This document shows, piece after piece, positions 55,451 through 64,000 of a DNA stretch of 64,000 nt; positions within the stretch are counted from its first letter, which is position 1, and every line of letters begins with the position of its first letter. Both the position numbers and the translations under genes were made by a program. The DNA is from Synechococcus sp. (GTDB lineage: Bacteria > Cyanobacteriota > Cyanobacteriia > PCC-6307 > Cyanobiaceae), in the NCBI GenBank assembly GCA_047285305.1, contig JBJBDL010000003.1:736001-800000 (forward strand), read 5' to 3'. A model generated the notes under the pieces. The model worked only from the letters and a program-made list of their open reading frames with translations, had not been told where the DNA came from and ran no database searches.

Positions 55451-56080
55451 ATGGACGTGATGCCACGCTTTCGTACCGTGGCCTCTGCCGGCCTCGTTCT
55501 CGCAGCGACCTCTGCACCGTTGGCCCTGGCCCAGGGTTCCCTGTTCACGGCGGTGCCCGTGGAGTTGAGCAATTTCGTGTTGGTGTCAGCCCCGATCGGT
55601 CAGGGCGAGCGTTCGCAGTTGAACATCTACGAGCAGCGCACCACAAAACGCCCCTGCTTCGCTGTGGCCGCGGGATCACCGGCCATGGTCGATCCCTTGT
55701 TGTCCGCGTTTGATTTCACCGGGGTCTGCAACCGCTATATCGACGGCAACGGCTATTCCCTGCGGATCGGTGTTGACGACCTTGGCACCCGCTACAGGCT
55801 CAGCGTGGCGAACACAGGTCGGGATATTGAGTTGCTGGCCACGCCAACCAAGAATCCCTCCCAACCGACCATGCTTGTGGCCCGGGCCGGTGGTGCCGCC
55901 AGCGGCTTTGTTCAGCTCAAGCTTGAGCCGGGTTGGACCTTGAAGCGACGGGCCTATGGCAAGAAGAGCCTCGGCCATCTCTACGTTTATCGGGCTATTG
56001 CACCAGTGGCGGGTTCCAGCCAGAGCCCTGCACAGGCGGCGTCTGAACAGCCTGAGAGTTCCGTAGCTTCTTCTTACTGA
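55451..56080 (+). CDS. DUF3747-like exported protein
   Basis: Signal peptide, VDPLL..FDFTGVC.R.IDGNGYSLR, LGHLY. Confidence 0.8.
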   Translation: MDVMPRFRTVASAGLVLAATSAPLALAQGSLFTAVPVELSNFVLVSAPIGQGERSQLNIYEQRTTKRPCFAVAAGSPAMVDPLLSAFDFTGVCNRYIDGNGYSLRIGVDDLGTRYRLSVANTGRDIELLATPTKNPSQPTMLVARAGGAASGFVQLKLEPGWTLKRRAYGKKSLGHLYVYRAIAPVAGSSQSPAQAASEQPESSVASSY

Positions 56081-56160
56081 GCTGGCGCAGAACCGGTGAA
56101 AACACCTGTTGTCATCCTCTGTCAGGGATTTCACACTGAAGACAGACCCCGGAGGACGTG

Positions 56161-56303
56161 ATGAAAACAACGGTTGTTCAGTGGTTTCAGTGGTTCGGTG
56201 AAGCGATGACCCATGCCCTGGGTTCGTTCAACGACCGCCATCTCCAGCCCCCGCCGATCGGCACCCAGCCCTACCGGGACACACCGGACAAGCGTGCCCG
56301 CGA

Positions 56304-56310
<7 letters not shown>
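56161..56310 (+). CDS. 49-aa hypothetical protein (absent from ORF track)
   Basis: GGAGG at 56151; manual translation MKTTVVQWFQWFGEAMTHALGSFNDRHLQPPPIGTQPYRDTPDKRARDY. Confidence 0.6.
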
Positions 56311-57074
<764 letters not shown>

Positions 57075-57129
57075 TATCAGCGGCGAAGCGGCGCGGCGAC
57101 AGCCAGACTGAGCACAGTTCAGCAGTGGC

Positions 57130-59106
57130 ATGACCCACCAGCTTCAGAACCTTCGCAATCAGGCCGCCAAGCTGCGTCGGCTTTCGCAGCCCTACTTCTT
57201 CCCCTACACCGAAGACAACGGCTGGCAGTTCCTTGGACTGCTGGTGAGCCTGCTCTTCTGTGTTGCCGGGATCGTGCTGTTCCTGGTCACCGGGTTGATG
57301 AACGGCCTGTCGTGGCTGTTGCCGGAACTGACCGGCCAGTACCTCGGGGGCGTCCAGTCTTCCCTGACCATGCTCTGGTCCCGTGGATGGGGTGCCGGAA
57401 TCAGTGCCCTGTTCGTTCTGGGGGCTGTGGTGTTCGCCTCCGTACGGGGCCAACTCAGGCATCGCCGCTGGCTGCCTTGGCTGTTTCTCGGCCTGATCAT
57501 CCTGATGCTGTTGAGCGTGAACGGCATCAATGCCGGCATCACATTCATCGCCAGAGATCTGACCAATGCGTTGATCTCCAAAGACGGCGATGCGTCGTAT
57601 CGCAACCTCTGGATCTATGGCGCCTGTTTTGCGGTGGCACTGCCGATTCGCAGCCTGCAGTTTTATTTCACCCAGAAACTAGGGCTGTTCTGGCGGGAAT
57701 GGTTGTCGCTGAGTCTGGTGGACGATTACCTGCGAGATCGGGCCTATTACGTGCTCAATCCAAATGATGAAGCGGCCACCAATGTTGATAACCCTGATCA
57801 ACGTATTTCTGAGGACGTGCGTGATTTCACGGCACAGGCCCTTGGTTTTGCGCTGAATATATTTGATTCGATCCTCACCTTTTCTCTCAACATCCTCATC
57901 CTTTATTCGGTAAGTGAGGGGCTCACCTTTGCACTTCTGGCCTATGCATCTGGGGTTTCTGTTCTGATGATTGTGGCTGGCCGCAAGTTGGTGCGGTTGA
58001 ACAACTTCCAGTTGCGTTTTGAAGCGGATTACCGTTATGGCCTCGTGCGCGTGCGAGACAATGCCGAATCAATTGCTTTCTACGCAGGAGAGCAGCAAGA
58101 AGCCAAGGAGGTGACGCGTCGCCTGGCCACCGTCGTTGAAAACTTCAATTTGCTAATTGTCTGGGAAGTGCTGCTGCGGGTGCTGCAGCGCTCAAGCATC
58201 TACGCCAGCAATTTCATCCCCTATCTGATCCTTGCGGCACCGATTCTCGCCGGGGAGATGGATTACGGCGGCTTCGCCCAGGCGAACGTCGCCTACAACC
58301 TGGTTGAGGGATCGTTGTTTTTCATCATCTACAACATCGAAGCCCTGGCCCGGTTCTCGGCATCGATCAACCGGCTTGAAGGATTTCAATCCAATATCTC
58401 CAACCTCGATCCGGAGGAGTGGAGTGATTACGTGCCGCGGATCTTGCCCTCTGAGCGCCTGGCGCTGCAGGGGGTGACGGTCAAAACACCCCGCACCGAA
58501 AACGTGCTGGTGCGCGACCTCAGTTTTTCCCTGGGCAACGCTGAGGGGCTGTTGGTGGTGGGACCCTCAGGCTGTGGCAAGACCTCACTGCTGCGGGTGG
58601 TGAGTGGTCTTTGGGGCTCGCCGACGGGCACCGTTTATTCCCCGGGGCAGGGCGATCTCCTTTTCATCCCCCAGAAGCCCTACATGGCACTGGGATCTCT
58701 GCGCGAACAGCTCTGTTATCCCCTCGATCAGGCCCGTTTTAGCGATGAACAGCTACGGGCTGTTTTGGATCAGGTGATGTTGGGCAAACTTCTGCAGCGC
58801 TATCCGGACCTCGACATCAAGCAGGACTGGCCGCGGCTGCTCTCTCTGGGTGAACAGCAGCGACTGGCCTTTGCGCGGCTGTTGCTCAATTCTCCCAAGG
58901 TCGTGGTGTTGGATGAAGCCACCAGTGCCCTGGATGTTGAGACCGAATCCCGCCTTTATTCCCTGTTGCGGGATCGGGAGGTGGCGTTCATCAGCGTGGG
59001 CCACCGGCCAACCCTGAAGGACTTCCATGACACTGTTCTGGAGCTCAGCGGTGATCACGACTGGCGGCTGATCCCGGCGACCAGCTATGACTTCGGGCGT
59101 TCTTGA
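57130..59106 (+). CDS. ABC transporter, fused permease/ATPase (ABCD/YddA-like)
   Basis: DNPDQRISED, NAESIAFY, GPSGCGKTS, LSLGEQQR, LDEATSALD. Confidence 0.9.
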   Translation: MTHQLQNLRNQAAKLRRLSQPYFFPYTEDNGWQFLGLLVSLLFCVAGIVLFLVTGLMNGLSWLLPELTGQYLGGVQSSLTMLWSRGWGAGISALFVLGAVVFASVRGQLRHRRWLPWLFLGLIILMLLSVNGINAGITFIARDLTNALISKDGDASYRNLWIYGACFAVALPIRSLQFYFTQKLGLFWREWLSLSLVDDYLRDRAYYVLNPNDEAATNVDNPDQRISEDVRDFTAQALGFALNIFDSILTFSLNILILYSVSEGLTFALLAYASGVSVLMIVAGRKLVRLNNFQLRFEADYRYGLVRVRDNAESIAFYAGEQQEAKEVTRRLATVVENFNLLIVWEVLLRVLQRSSIYASNFIPYLILAAPILAGEMDYGGFAQANVAYNLVEGSLFFIIYNIEALARFSASINRLEGFQSNISNLDPEEWSDYVPRILPSERLALQGVTVKTPRTENVLVRDLSFSLGNAEGLLVVGPSGCGKTSLLRVVSGLWGSPTGTVYSPGQGDLLFIPQKPYMALGSLREQLCYPLDQARFSDEQLRAVLDQVMLGKLLQRYPDLDIKQDWPRLLSLGEQQRLAFARLLLNSPKVVVLDEATSALDVETESRLYSLLRDREVAFISVGHRPTLKDFHDTVLELSGDHDWRLIPATSYDFGRS

Positions 59107-59115
59107 ACCGGCCGG

Positions 59116-59316
59116 ATGACCTCCACCAGTGAGACCCCTGACACCACGTCCGTTCCGGAGACGTCCGCCACCACCAACGACGTGCCTGCCTTCGGCTGGA
59201 GTGGCTATGCCGAGCGGGTGAATGGCCGCTTCGCCATGGTGGGTTTTTTGGCGGTGCTGCTGATCGAGGTGCTCAGCGGCGATACCTTTCTGCACTGGGC
59301 AGGGCTGCTGCCCTGA
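59116..59316 (+). CDS. hli: High-light-inducible protein
   Basis: FGWSGYAERVNGRFAMVGF. Confidence 0.93.
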   Translation: MTSTSETPDTTSVPETSATTNDVPAFGWSGYAERVNGRFAMVGFLAVLLIEVLSGDTFLHWAGLLP

Positions 59317-59793
59317 TCAGGGCAGGCGGATTAGATCCACATCCCAGCGTCCGTTCCGGCTCACCTGCACTGCCAGTCGCCGGCCTGAGCCGTCAAGGCT
59401 GACGCTGCGGGGCACACCCGGCGGGTCCAGGGGCAGCCGTTGCGTCGCCCCGACGTTGCGCCGGTAGAGCACCAGTTCCGTGCGGTCCTCCCGTTGCTGG
59501 ACCACGGCCAGGCGTTGTCCATCGGCACTGACGCTGACGCTGATCGGTTGGGCATCAGCACGGTTGAGGCCCGGCAACGGGACGGGGCTTCGGGTGCGCA
59601 GGTCGATCAGTTCGACCCGCTCTCGCCCATTGCGTTGGCCCAGGCTGGCCAGCCAGCGTCCCCCGAGGGATGGATCCCGCCGGCTGTTCACGGATTGACG
59701 CAGCAGGCCGTTGAGGTCGGGCCGGGGAGTGGGCCTGGGGCTGCTGCACCCGGTCACCAACACCAGGCTGAAAAGCAGAGCGACGCGGATCAT
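59317..59793 (-). CDS. TolB-like beta-propeller lipoprotein
   Basis: Lipobox VTGC; repeats SVSADGQRLA and SLDGSGRRLA. Confidence 0.7.
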   Translation of the reverse strand: MIRVALLFSLVLVTGCSSPRPTPRPDLNGLLRQSVNSRRDPSLGGRWLASLGQRNGRERVELIDLRTRSPVPLPGLNRADAQPISVSVSADGQRLAVVQQREDRTELVLYRRNVGATQRLPLDPPGVPRSVSLDGSGRRLAVQVSRNGRWDVDLIRLP

Positions 59794-60320
59794 GGCTCTG
59801 ACGACAGCGCCGGTGTGGAGAGGCTCTGTCCCGGAGGACGGTCCGGCTCGAGCAGATCACTCAGATCCAGCAGTTCCACGCGCCACCTCCCCTGATCCGT
59901 CACCTGCAGGGCGATCTGCTGGGCATCCGGCGCCAGGCTGAGCTGCACCGGGTCCCTCCCCCCCGGCAGCGGCAGGGGGTGCATGCGTCCGTTCAGGCGG
60001 TCGGTCACCACCGCGAGTCGGCGGCGCCCCCGCTGGGTGATTGCTGCCAGGTAACGGCCGTTCCAGCTCAGAGAGGGCGAGCTGTGGGGCTGATGTCGGC
60101 TCAGCTGGGGAACGGAGATAATCGATCCGTCGCTCAGGCGGCGCAGCTGCACCGTGGGTCGGCCGCCGCGATCGCTGACGACCGCCAGCCACTCACCACT
60201 GCCACTCAGGGCTGGGGCCTGCTGACTGGTGGCGAGCAAGCCACCACCGGCCCGCTCACTACGACCATTGCAGCCCACCAGCGCCAGGCTGGCGAGCAGG
60301 ATCAGCAGCGGACGAGGCAA
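59790..60320 (-). CDS. TolB-like beta-propeller lipoprotein
   Basis: Lipobox LVGC; PALSGSGEWLA, PSLSWNGRYLA, SLAPDAQQIA. Confidence 0.75.
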   Translation of the reverse strand: MPRPLLILLASLALVGCNGRSERAGGGLLATSQQAPALSGSGEWLAVVSDRGGRPTVQLRRLSDGSIISVPQLSRHQPHSSPSLSWNGRYLAAITQRGRRRLAVVTDRLNGRMHPLPLPGGRDPVQLSLAPDAQQIALQVTDQGRWRVELLDLSDLLEPDRPPGQSLSTPALSSEP

Positions 60321-60325
60321 CTCGC

Positions 60326-61258
60326 TCAGTCGTCGAAGCGGGAACTGTTGTCCCGCGGTCTGCCGGACGAGGGCCGTGAGCTGCGGGGGGGTTGGCGGTT
60401 GCTGCTGGGTCGGTTCGAGGCAAGGGGCGGTTCGGCAGATCGCCTGGAGTCGCTCAAGGGATTAGGGCTGGCGCTGGGGCGTCCCCGGTTCGGGGCCGCA
60501 CTGCTCGGCGCTGAACTGCGGCTGGGGGCGAAGGCGGCATCCTCGGCTCCTGAAGGAGCGCGTTCGCCGGAAGGACGCTCAGGACGCCCCATGGGACGGG
60601 TGCCGCGGCGTTGTTCGTCTCGATCCGTCCGTCTGGAGCCAAAGTCGGGGCGTCGTTCATCCCTGGCTTCGCCGGCACGGAAACGAGCCATGCGGCGGGA
60701 GCGCTCGTCGTTTTGTTCCCAGCCGGAATCGCCTTGATCACGGTTTGCTGAGCGACGGCTGGCGGCTTCCTCAGGAATGGCGGCACGGCTGGCCCGGCGC
60801 GGCCTGTAGAACTCCTCTTCCGGCCTTTCTTCGGCGTCACCGTCACGGCCTGAAAAGCGCCGCCGCACCGGCTGGGGTTCATCAAACCGGTCGTAACCGC
60901 CGTCATCCCAGCCGCCCCGCAAGCCCCCTGGACCTCCGTCCCGGGCCGGTGCAGGTTCGTCATCGAAGTAGGCGGAGCGCCGTGCCTGCTCAGTGGCCAC
61001 GCCGCGCAGTCGCACACTTTCGTAGGCAAAGAACACGGTGGTTCCCGCCAACAGGAACTGGCCGAACTGAAGAATCGGGTCGAGGCGCCAACCCTGGAAG
61101 AACAAGATGCCGCCGCACAGCAGCCCGATGGCTGCAAAGAACACGTCGTAATCCCGTGCCAGGGCGGGCTTGAACGACCGCATGAAATAGAGCAGAGCTC
61201 CGCCGACGGCCAAAACGATGCCGACGATGCTGGCCCAATTGAGACTGGCGTTAACCAA
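60326..61258 (-). CDS. ycf66: Ycf66 family protein
   Basis: PALARDYDVFF, FQGWRLDPILQFGQ, then a low-complexity tail. Confidence 0.9.
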   Translation of the reverse strand: MVNASLNWASIVGIVLAVGGALLYFMRSFKPALARDYDVFFAAIGLLCGGILFFQGWRLDPILQFGQFLLAGTTVFFAYESVRLRGVATEQARRSAYFDDEPAPARDGGPGGLRGGWDDGGYDRFDEPQPVRRRFSGRDGDAEERPEEEFYRPRRASRAAIPEEAASRRSANRDQGDSGWEQNDERSRRMARFRAGEARDERRPDFGSRRTDRDEQRRGTRPMGRPERPSGERAPSGAEDAAFAPSRSSAPSSAAPNRGRPSASPNPLSDSRRSAEPPLASNRPSSNRQPPRSSRPSSGRPRDNSSRFDD

Positions 61259-61307
61259 AGCTCTGCTCCCGCTTGGGAGTCAGTCTACGAGGGGCGCCAG
61301 GGGCGTA

Positions 61308-61430
61308 TCAGAGCTTGCGGTCGACCTGGTCGGTCTGGCTCAGCAGGAACAGGGCGATTGAGGCAGGAATCACGACGATCACACCTCCCCAAAGGAGGCT
61401 GCTCAGGAAGTTGGAGAGTGAGGGGGTCAT
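61308..61430 (-). CDS. psbX: Photosystem II protein X (absent from ORF track)
   Basis: Manual translation MTPSLSNFLSSLLWGGVIVVIPASIALFLLSQTDQVDRKL. Confidence 0.93.
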   Translation of the reverse strand: MTPSLSNFLSSLLWGGVIVVIPASIALFLLSQTDQVDRKL

Positions 61431-61519
61431 GGGGTTGCTGCCGTCTGCTTCAAAGCCGCGCTGATCTTAAGAAGTGATGCCGTCTTTCTACGATGAGGGG
61501 GCGATTTGCTTTGAGCTTT

Positions 61520-61840
61520 GTGACGCCGCTGCTGCTGCAGGCCCTGCCAGTCCTCCATTTGCTTCTGGGCTTGCTGCTGGCGGCCTGGACCCTGGCGTTC
61601 CTGCTGCGCATCGTGCTCACCTGGTACCCCCAGGTCGATCTGAGCCAGGGCGCCTGGCCCCTGGTGGCATGGCCAACGGAACCTGTGCTCTCGGTGAGCC
61701 GCCGCATGATCGCCCCGATCGGTGGAGTCGATGTCACTCCAGTGATCTGGGTGGGGTTGATCAGCCTCGTGCGTGAGTTGCTGGTCGGTCAGCAGGGGCT
61801 GCTCTCTCAGATCCTGATGCACGCCCAGGCAGTTGCCTGA
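61520..61840 (+). CDS. YggT family membrane protein
   Basis: RIVLTWYP, TEP.L...R..I.PIGGVD.TP. Confidence 0.88.
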   Translation: MTPLLLQALPVLHLLLGLLLAAWTLAFLLRIVLTWYPQVDLSQGAWPLVAWPTEPVLSVSRRMIAPIGGVDVTPVIWVGLISLVRELLVGQQGLLSQILMHAQAVA

Positions 61841-61842
61841 GC

Positions 61843-63189
61843 TCAGGGCAGCATCTCCTGCTCCACGAACTTGGTGTGCACGTCGCCGTTGATGAATTCC
61901 GGCCGATCCAGCATCTCCAGGTGGAATTCCACCGTTGTTGGGATCCCGGTGACGGCACATTCATTCAGGGCCCGCTTCATCCGGGTCATGGCATGGTCTC
62001 GGTCCTTGCCCCAAACGATCAGCTTGCCGATCAGGGAGTCGTAGAAGGGCGGGATGTCGTAGCCCGTGTAGACGTGGCTGTCGACGCGCACACCCGGGCC
62101 GCCTGGGGGCAGCCATCCCGTGATGCGTCCGGGGGCGGGACGGAAGTTGTGCCGGGCATCCTCGGCGTTGATGCGGCATTCGATCGCATGGCCGGTGAGC
62201 TGGATCTCCTCCTGCTGCACGCTGATGGGTTCGCCACCGGCGATGCGTAACTGTTCAGCGATCAGATCCACACCCGTGACCATCTCAGTCACCGGATGCT
62301 CCACCTGGATCCGGGTGTTCATTTCCATGAAGTAGAAGCCACCGCTGCGATCCAGCAGGAATTCCACCGTTCCGGCGCCCTCGTAATTGATGCTTCGGGC
62401 GGCAGCAACGGCGGCTTCGCCCATGCGGCGGCGTAGGTCCGGATCCAGGGCCGGGCTGGGGGCTTCTTCCAGCAGTTTCTGGTGACGGCGCTGGATCGAG
62501 CAGTCCCGTTCACCCAGGTGAACCACATTGCCGTGGCGGTCGGCCAGCACCTGCACTTCCACGTGGCGGGGCCGATCGATGAATTTCTCCATGTAGAGCC
62601 CGGGGTTGCCGAAGGCGGCTTCCGCCTCCCCCTGGGCTGCTTTGTACAGGCTCTCCAGCTGGCTGGCGTCCGGTACAAGGCGCATGCCCCGACCACCGCC
62701 GCCGGCGGTGGCCTTGATCATCACGGGATAGCCCATTTCCTCGGCCAGGGCGGCCGCCTGGCTGGTGCTGCTGAGCAGGCCCTCGCTACCGGGCACCGTG
62801 GGAACGCCCACCGATTGCATGGTCGATTTGGCGGTCGACTTGTCCCCCATCGAGCGAATCGCGTGGGGGGACGGCCCAACGAAGGTGAGGCCGTGATCAC
62901 GGCACATCTCGGCGAACTTGTCGTTCTCCGCTAAGAAGCCGTAGCCGGGATGGATGGCGTCAGCACCGCGGGAGGTGGCGGCCGCCAGGATGTTGGGAAT
63001 GTTGAGGTAGCTCTTGCTGCTCAGGGCTTCGCCCACGCAGACCGCTTCATCAGCGAGCTGCACGTGCAGAGCGTCTTTATCAACGGAGCTGTACACCGCC
63101 ACAGTGGCGATGCCGAGCTCGCGGCAGCTTCGAATGATCCGGAGGGCAATCTCGCCGCGGTTGGCGATCAGCACTTTGCCGATGGGCAT
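61843..63189 (-). CDS. accC: Acetyl-CoA carboxylase biotin carboxylase subunit
   Basis: [45 protein letters not shown]. Confidence 0.97.
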   Translation of the reverse strand: MPIGKVLIANRGEIALRIIRSCRELGIATVAVYSSVDKDALHVQLADEAVCVGEALSSKSYLNIPNILAAATSRGADAIHPGYGFLAENDKFAEMCRDHGLTFVGPSPHAIRSMGDKSTAKSTMQSVGVPTVPGSEGLLSSTSQAAALAEEMGYPVMIKATAGGGGRGMRLVPDASQLESLYKAAQGEAEAAFGNPGLYMEKFIDRPRHVEVQVLADRHGNVVHLGERDCSIQRRHQKLLEEAPSPALDPDLRRRMGEAAVAAARSINYEGAGTVEFLLDRSGGFYFMEMNTRIQVEHPVTEMVTGVDLIAEQLRIAGGEPISVQQEEIQLTGHAIECRINAEDARHNFRPAPGRITGWLPPGGPGVRVDSHVYTGYDIPPFYDSLIGKLIVWGKDRDHAMTRMKRALNECAVTGIPTTVEFHLEMLDRPEFINGDVHTKFVEQEMLP

Positions 63190-63308
63190 CCCGCAGCATG
63201 TTTAGGCCTGACGCCGGATCGTATCAGCGCCGACCGAAGTTGCCGAGAGCGAAGACCCCGCCCGGTATGATCTGGTCTCGGCAGCACCCGAGCGGTGAAG
63301 CCGACCAC

Positions 63309-63390
63309 GCGGATGTGGTGGAATTGGTAGACACGCACGTTTGAGGGGCGTGTGGCTTCGGCCTTGCGAGTTCAAGTCTCGCCATCCGCA
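63309..63390 (+). tRNA. tRNA-Leu(GAG)
   Basis: GCGGATG/CATCCGC acceptor stem, anticodon loop TTGAGGG, long variable arm. Confidence 0.95.
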
Positions 63391-63399
63391 TTTTTTTCT

Positions 63400-64000
63400 T
63401 TGGCCCGTCCCAGTGCTGCAGAACCAGGACCGGCCGTCGTTCTTGTCTCGAACGGTCCCGGTGAGCTGACCACCTGGGTTCGCCCCCTGGCGGAAGTGCT
63501 GCACGCCAGCCTTCGCCTGCGTCCCAGGTCTCGGAGCGCGCCAGCGTCGTTGCATCTTGTGTTGGTGCCCTGCCCCAATGCCACGGGCCAGGAGCGTGCG
63601 GCCGCGGAGCCTTGGGGATTGTTCGAGCGCATCGTTCCGGCAGGACGCTTCTGGTCGCTGCTGTTGCGTCCCCAGCGCTACGGCCCATGGCCGCAGAAGG
63701 GTGTGGTGGTGTTCCTAGGCGGTGATCAGTTCTGGACCGTTCTGCTCTCGGCTCGTCTCGGCTACCGCCACATCACCTATGCCGAGTGGGTGGCGCGTTG
63801 GCCGGGCTGGAACGATCGGATTGCGGCGATGTCGGACGCGGTGCGGCGCCAGCTGCCGGTCCATTACCAGCCCCGATGCCGCGTTGTTGGCGATCTGATG
63901 GCGGATCTGTCGGCCTTCGCTCGTCGCGAGGAGCCTCTCCCCGAGGGCCAGTGGGTTGCTCTGTTGCCGGGATCGAAGCCGGCCAAGTTGAGCGTCGGCA
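63400..64000 (+). CDS. Lipid-A-disaccharide synthase-like glycosyltransferase (runs off the window)
   Basis: Manual translation gives LVSNGPGELTTWVRP, FLGGDQFW, VGDLMAD, ALLPGSK. Confidence 0.8.
   Translation, partial: MARPSAAEPGPAVVLVSNGPGELTTWVRPLAEVLHASLRLRPRSRSAPASLHLVLVPCPNATGQERAAAEPWGLFERIVPAGRFWSLLLRPQRYGPWPQKGVVVFLGGDQFWTVLLSARLGYRHITYAEWVARWPGWNDRIAAMSDAVRRQLPVHYQPRCRVVGDLMADLSAFARREEPLPEGQWVALLPGSKPAKLSVG

Noticed and set aside
63309..63400. tRNA-Leu as a possible integration site
   Set aside because: Flanked by accC and an lpxB-like gene; no integrase or duplicated tRNA 3' end seen in the window

Overview
This window is core-genome DNA from a marine picocyanobacterium. The 16S/ITS layout, GC-rich codons and photosynthesis genes (psbU, psbX, cpcG, hli) point to marine Synechococcus. 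It holds one complete rRNA operon (16S, tRNA-Ile, tRNA-Ala, 23S, 5S), tRNA-Leu(GAG), the sufR/ftrC-sufBCDS cluster, Ktr/Trk potassium uptake genes and many housekeeping genes. I saw no integrase, IS element, prophage or CRISPR array, and I cannot support a large novel multi-gene system. The most notable items are: (1) an in-frame internally deleted comM/yifB; (2) an orphan RND adaptor with an apparently shortened hairpin, followed by a ~90-bp dead remnant of its RND permease; (3) several short ORFs missing from the ORF track (hli, psbX, a DUF4278-like gene and three small unknown proteins); (4) a cluster of small unknown genes around a ribbon-helix-helix regulator, including a possible Nif11-leader-like protein; (5) odd rRNA and protein substitutions that reflect either relaxed selection or consensus errors. 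All homolog comparisons are recalled from memory, not database searches.
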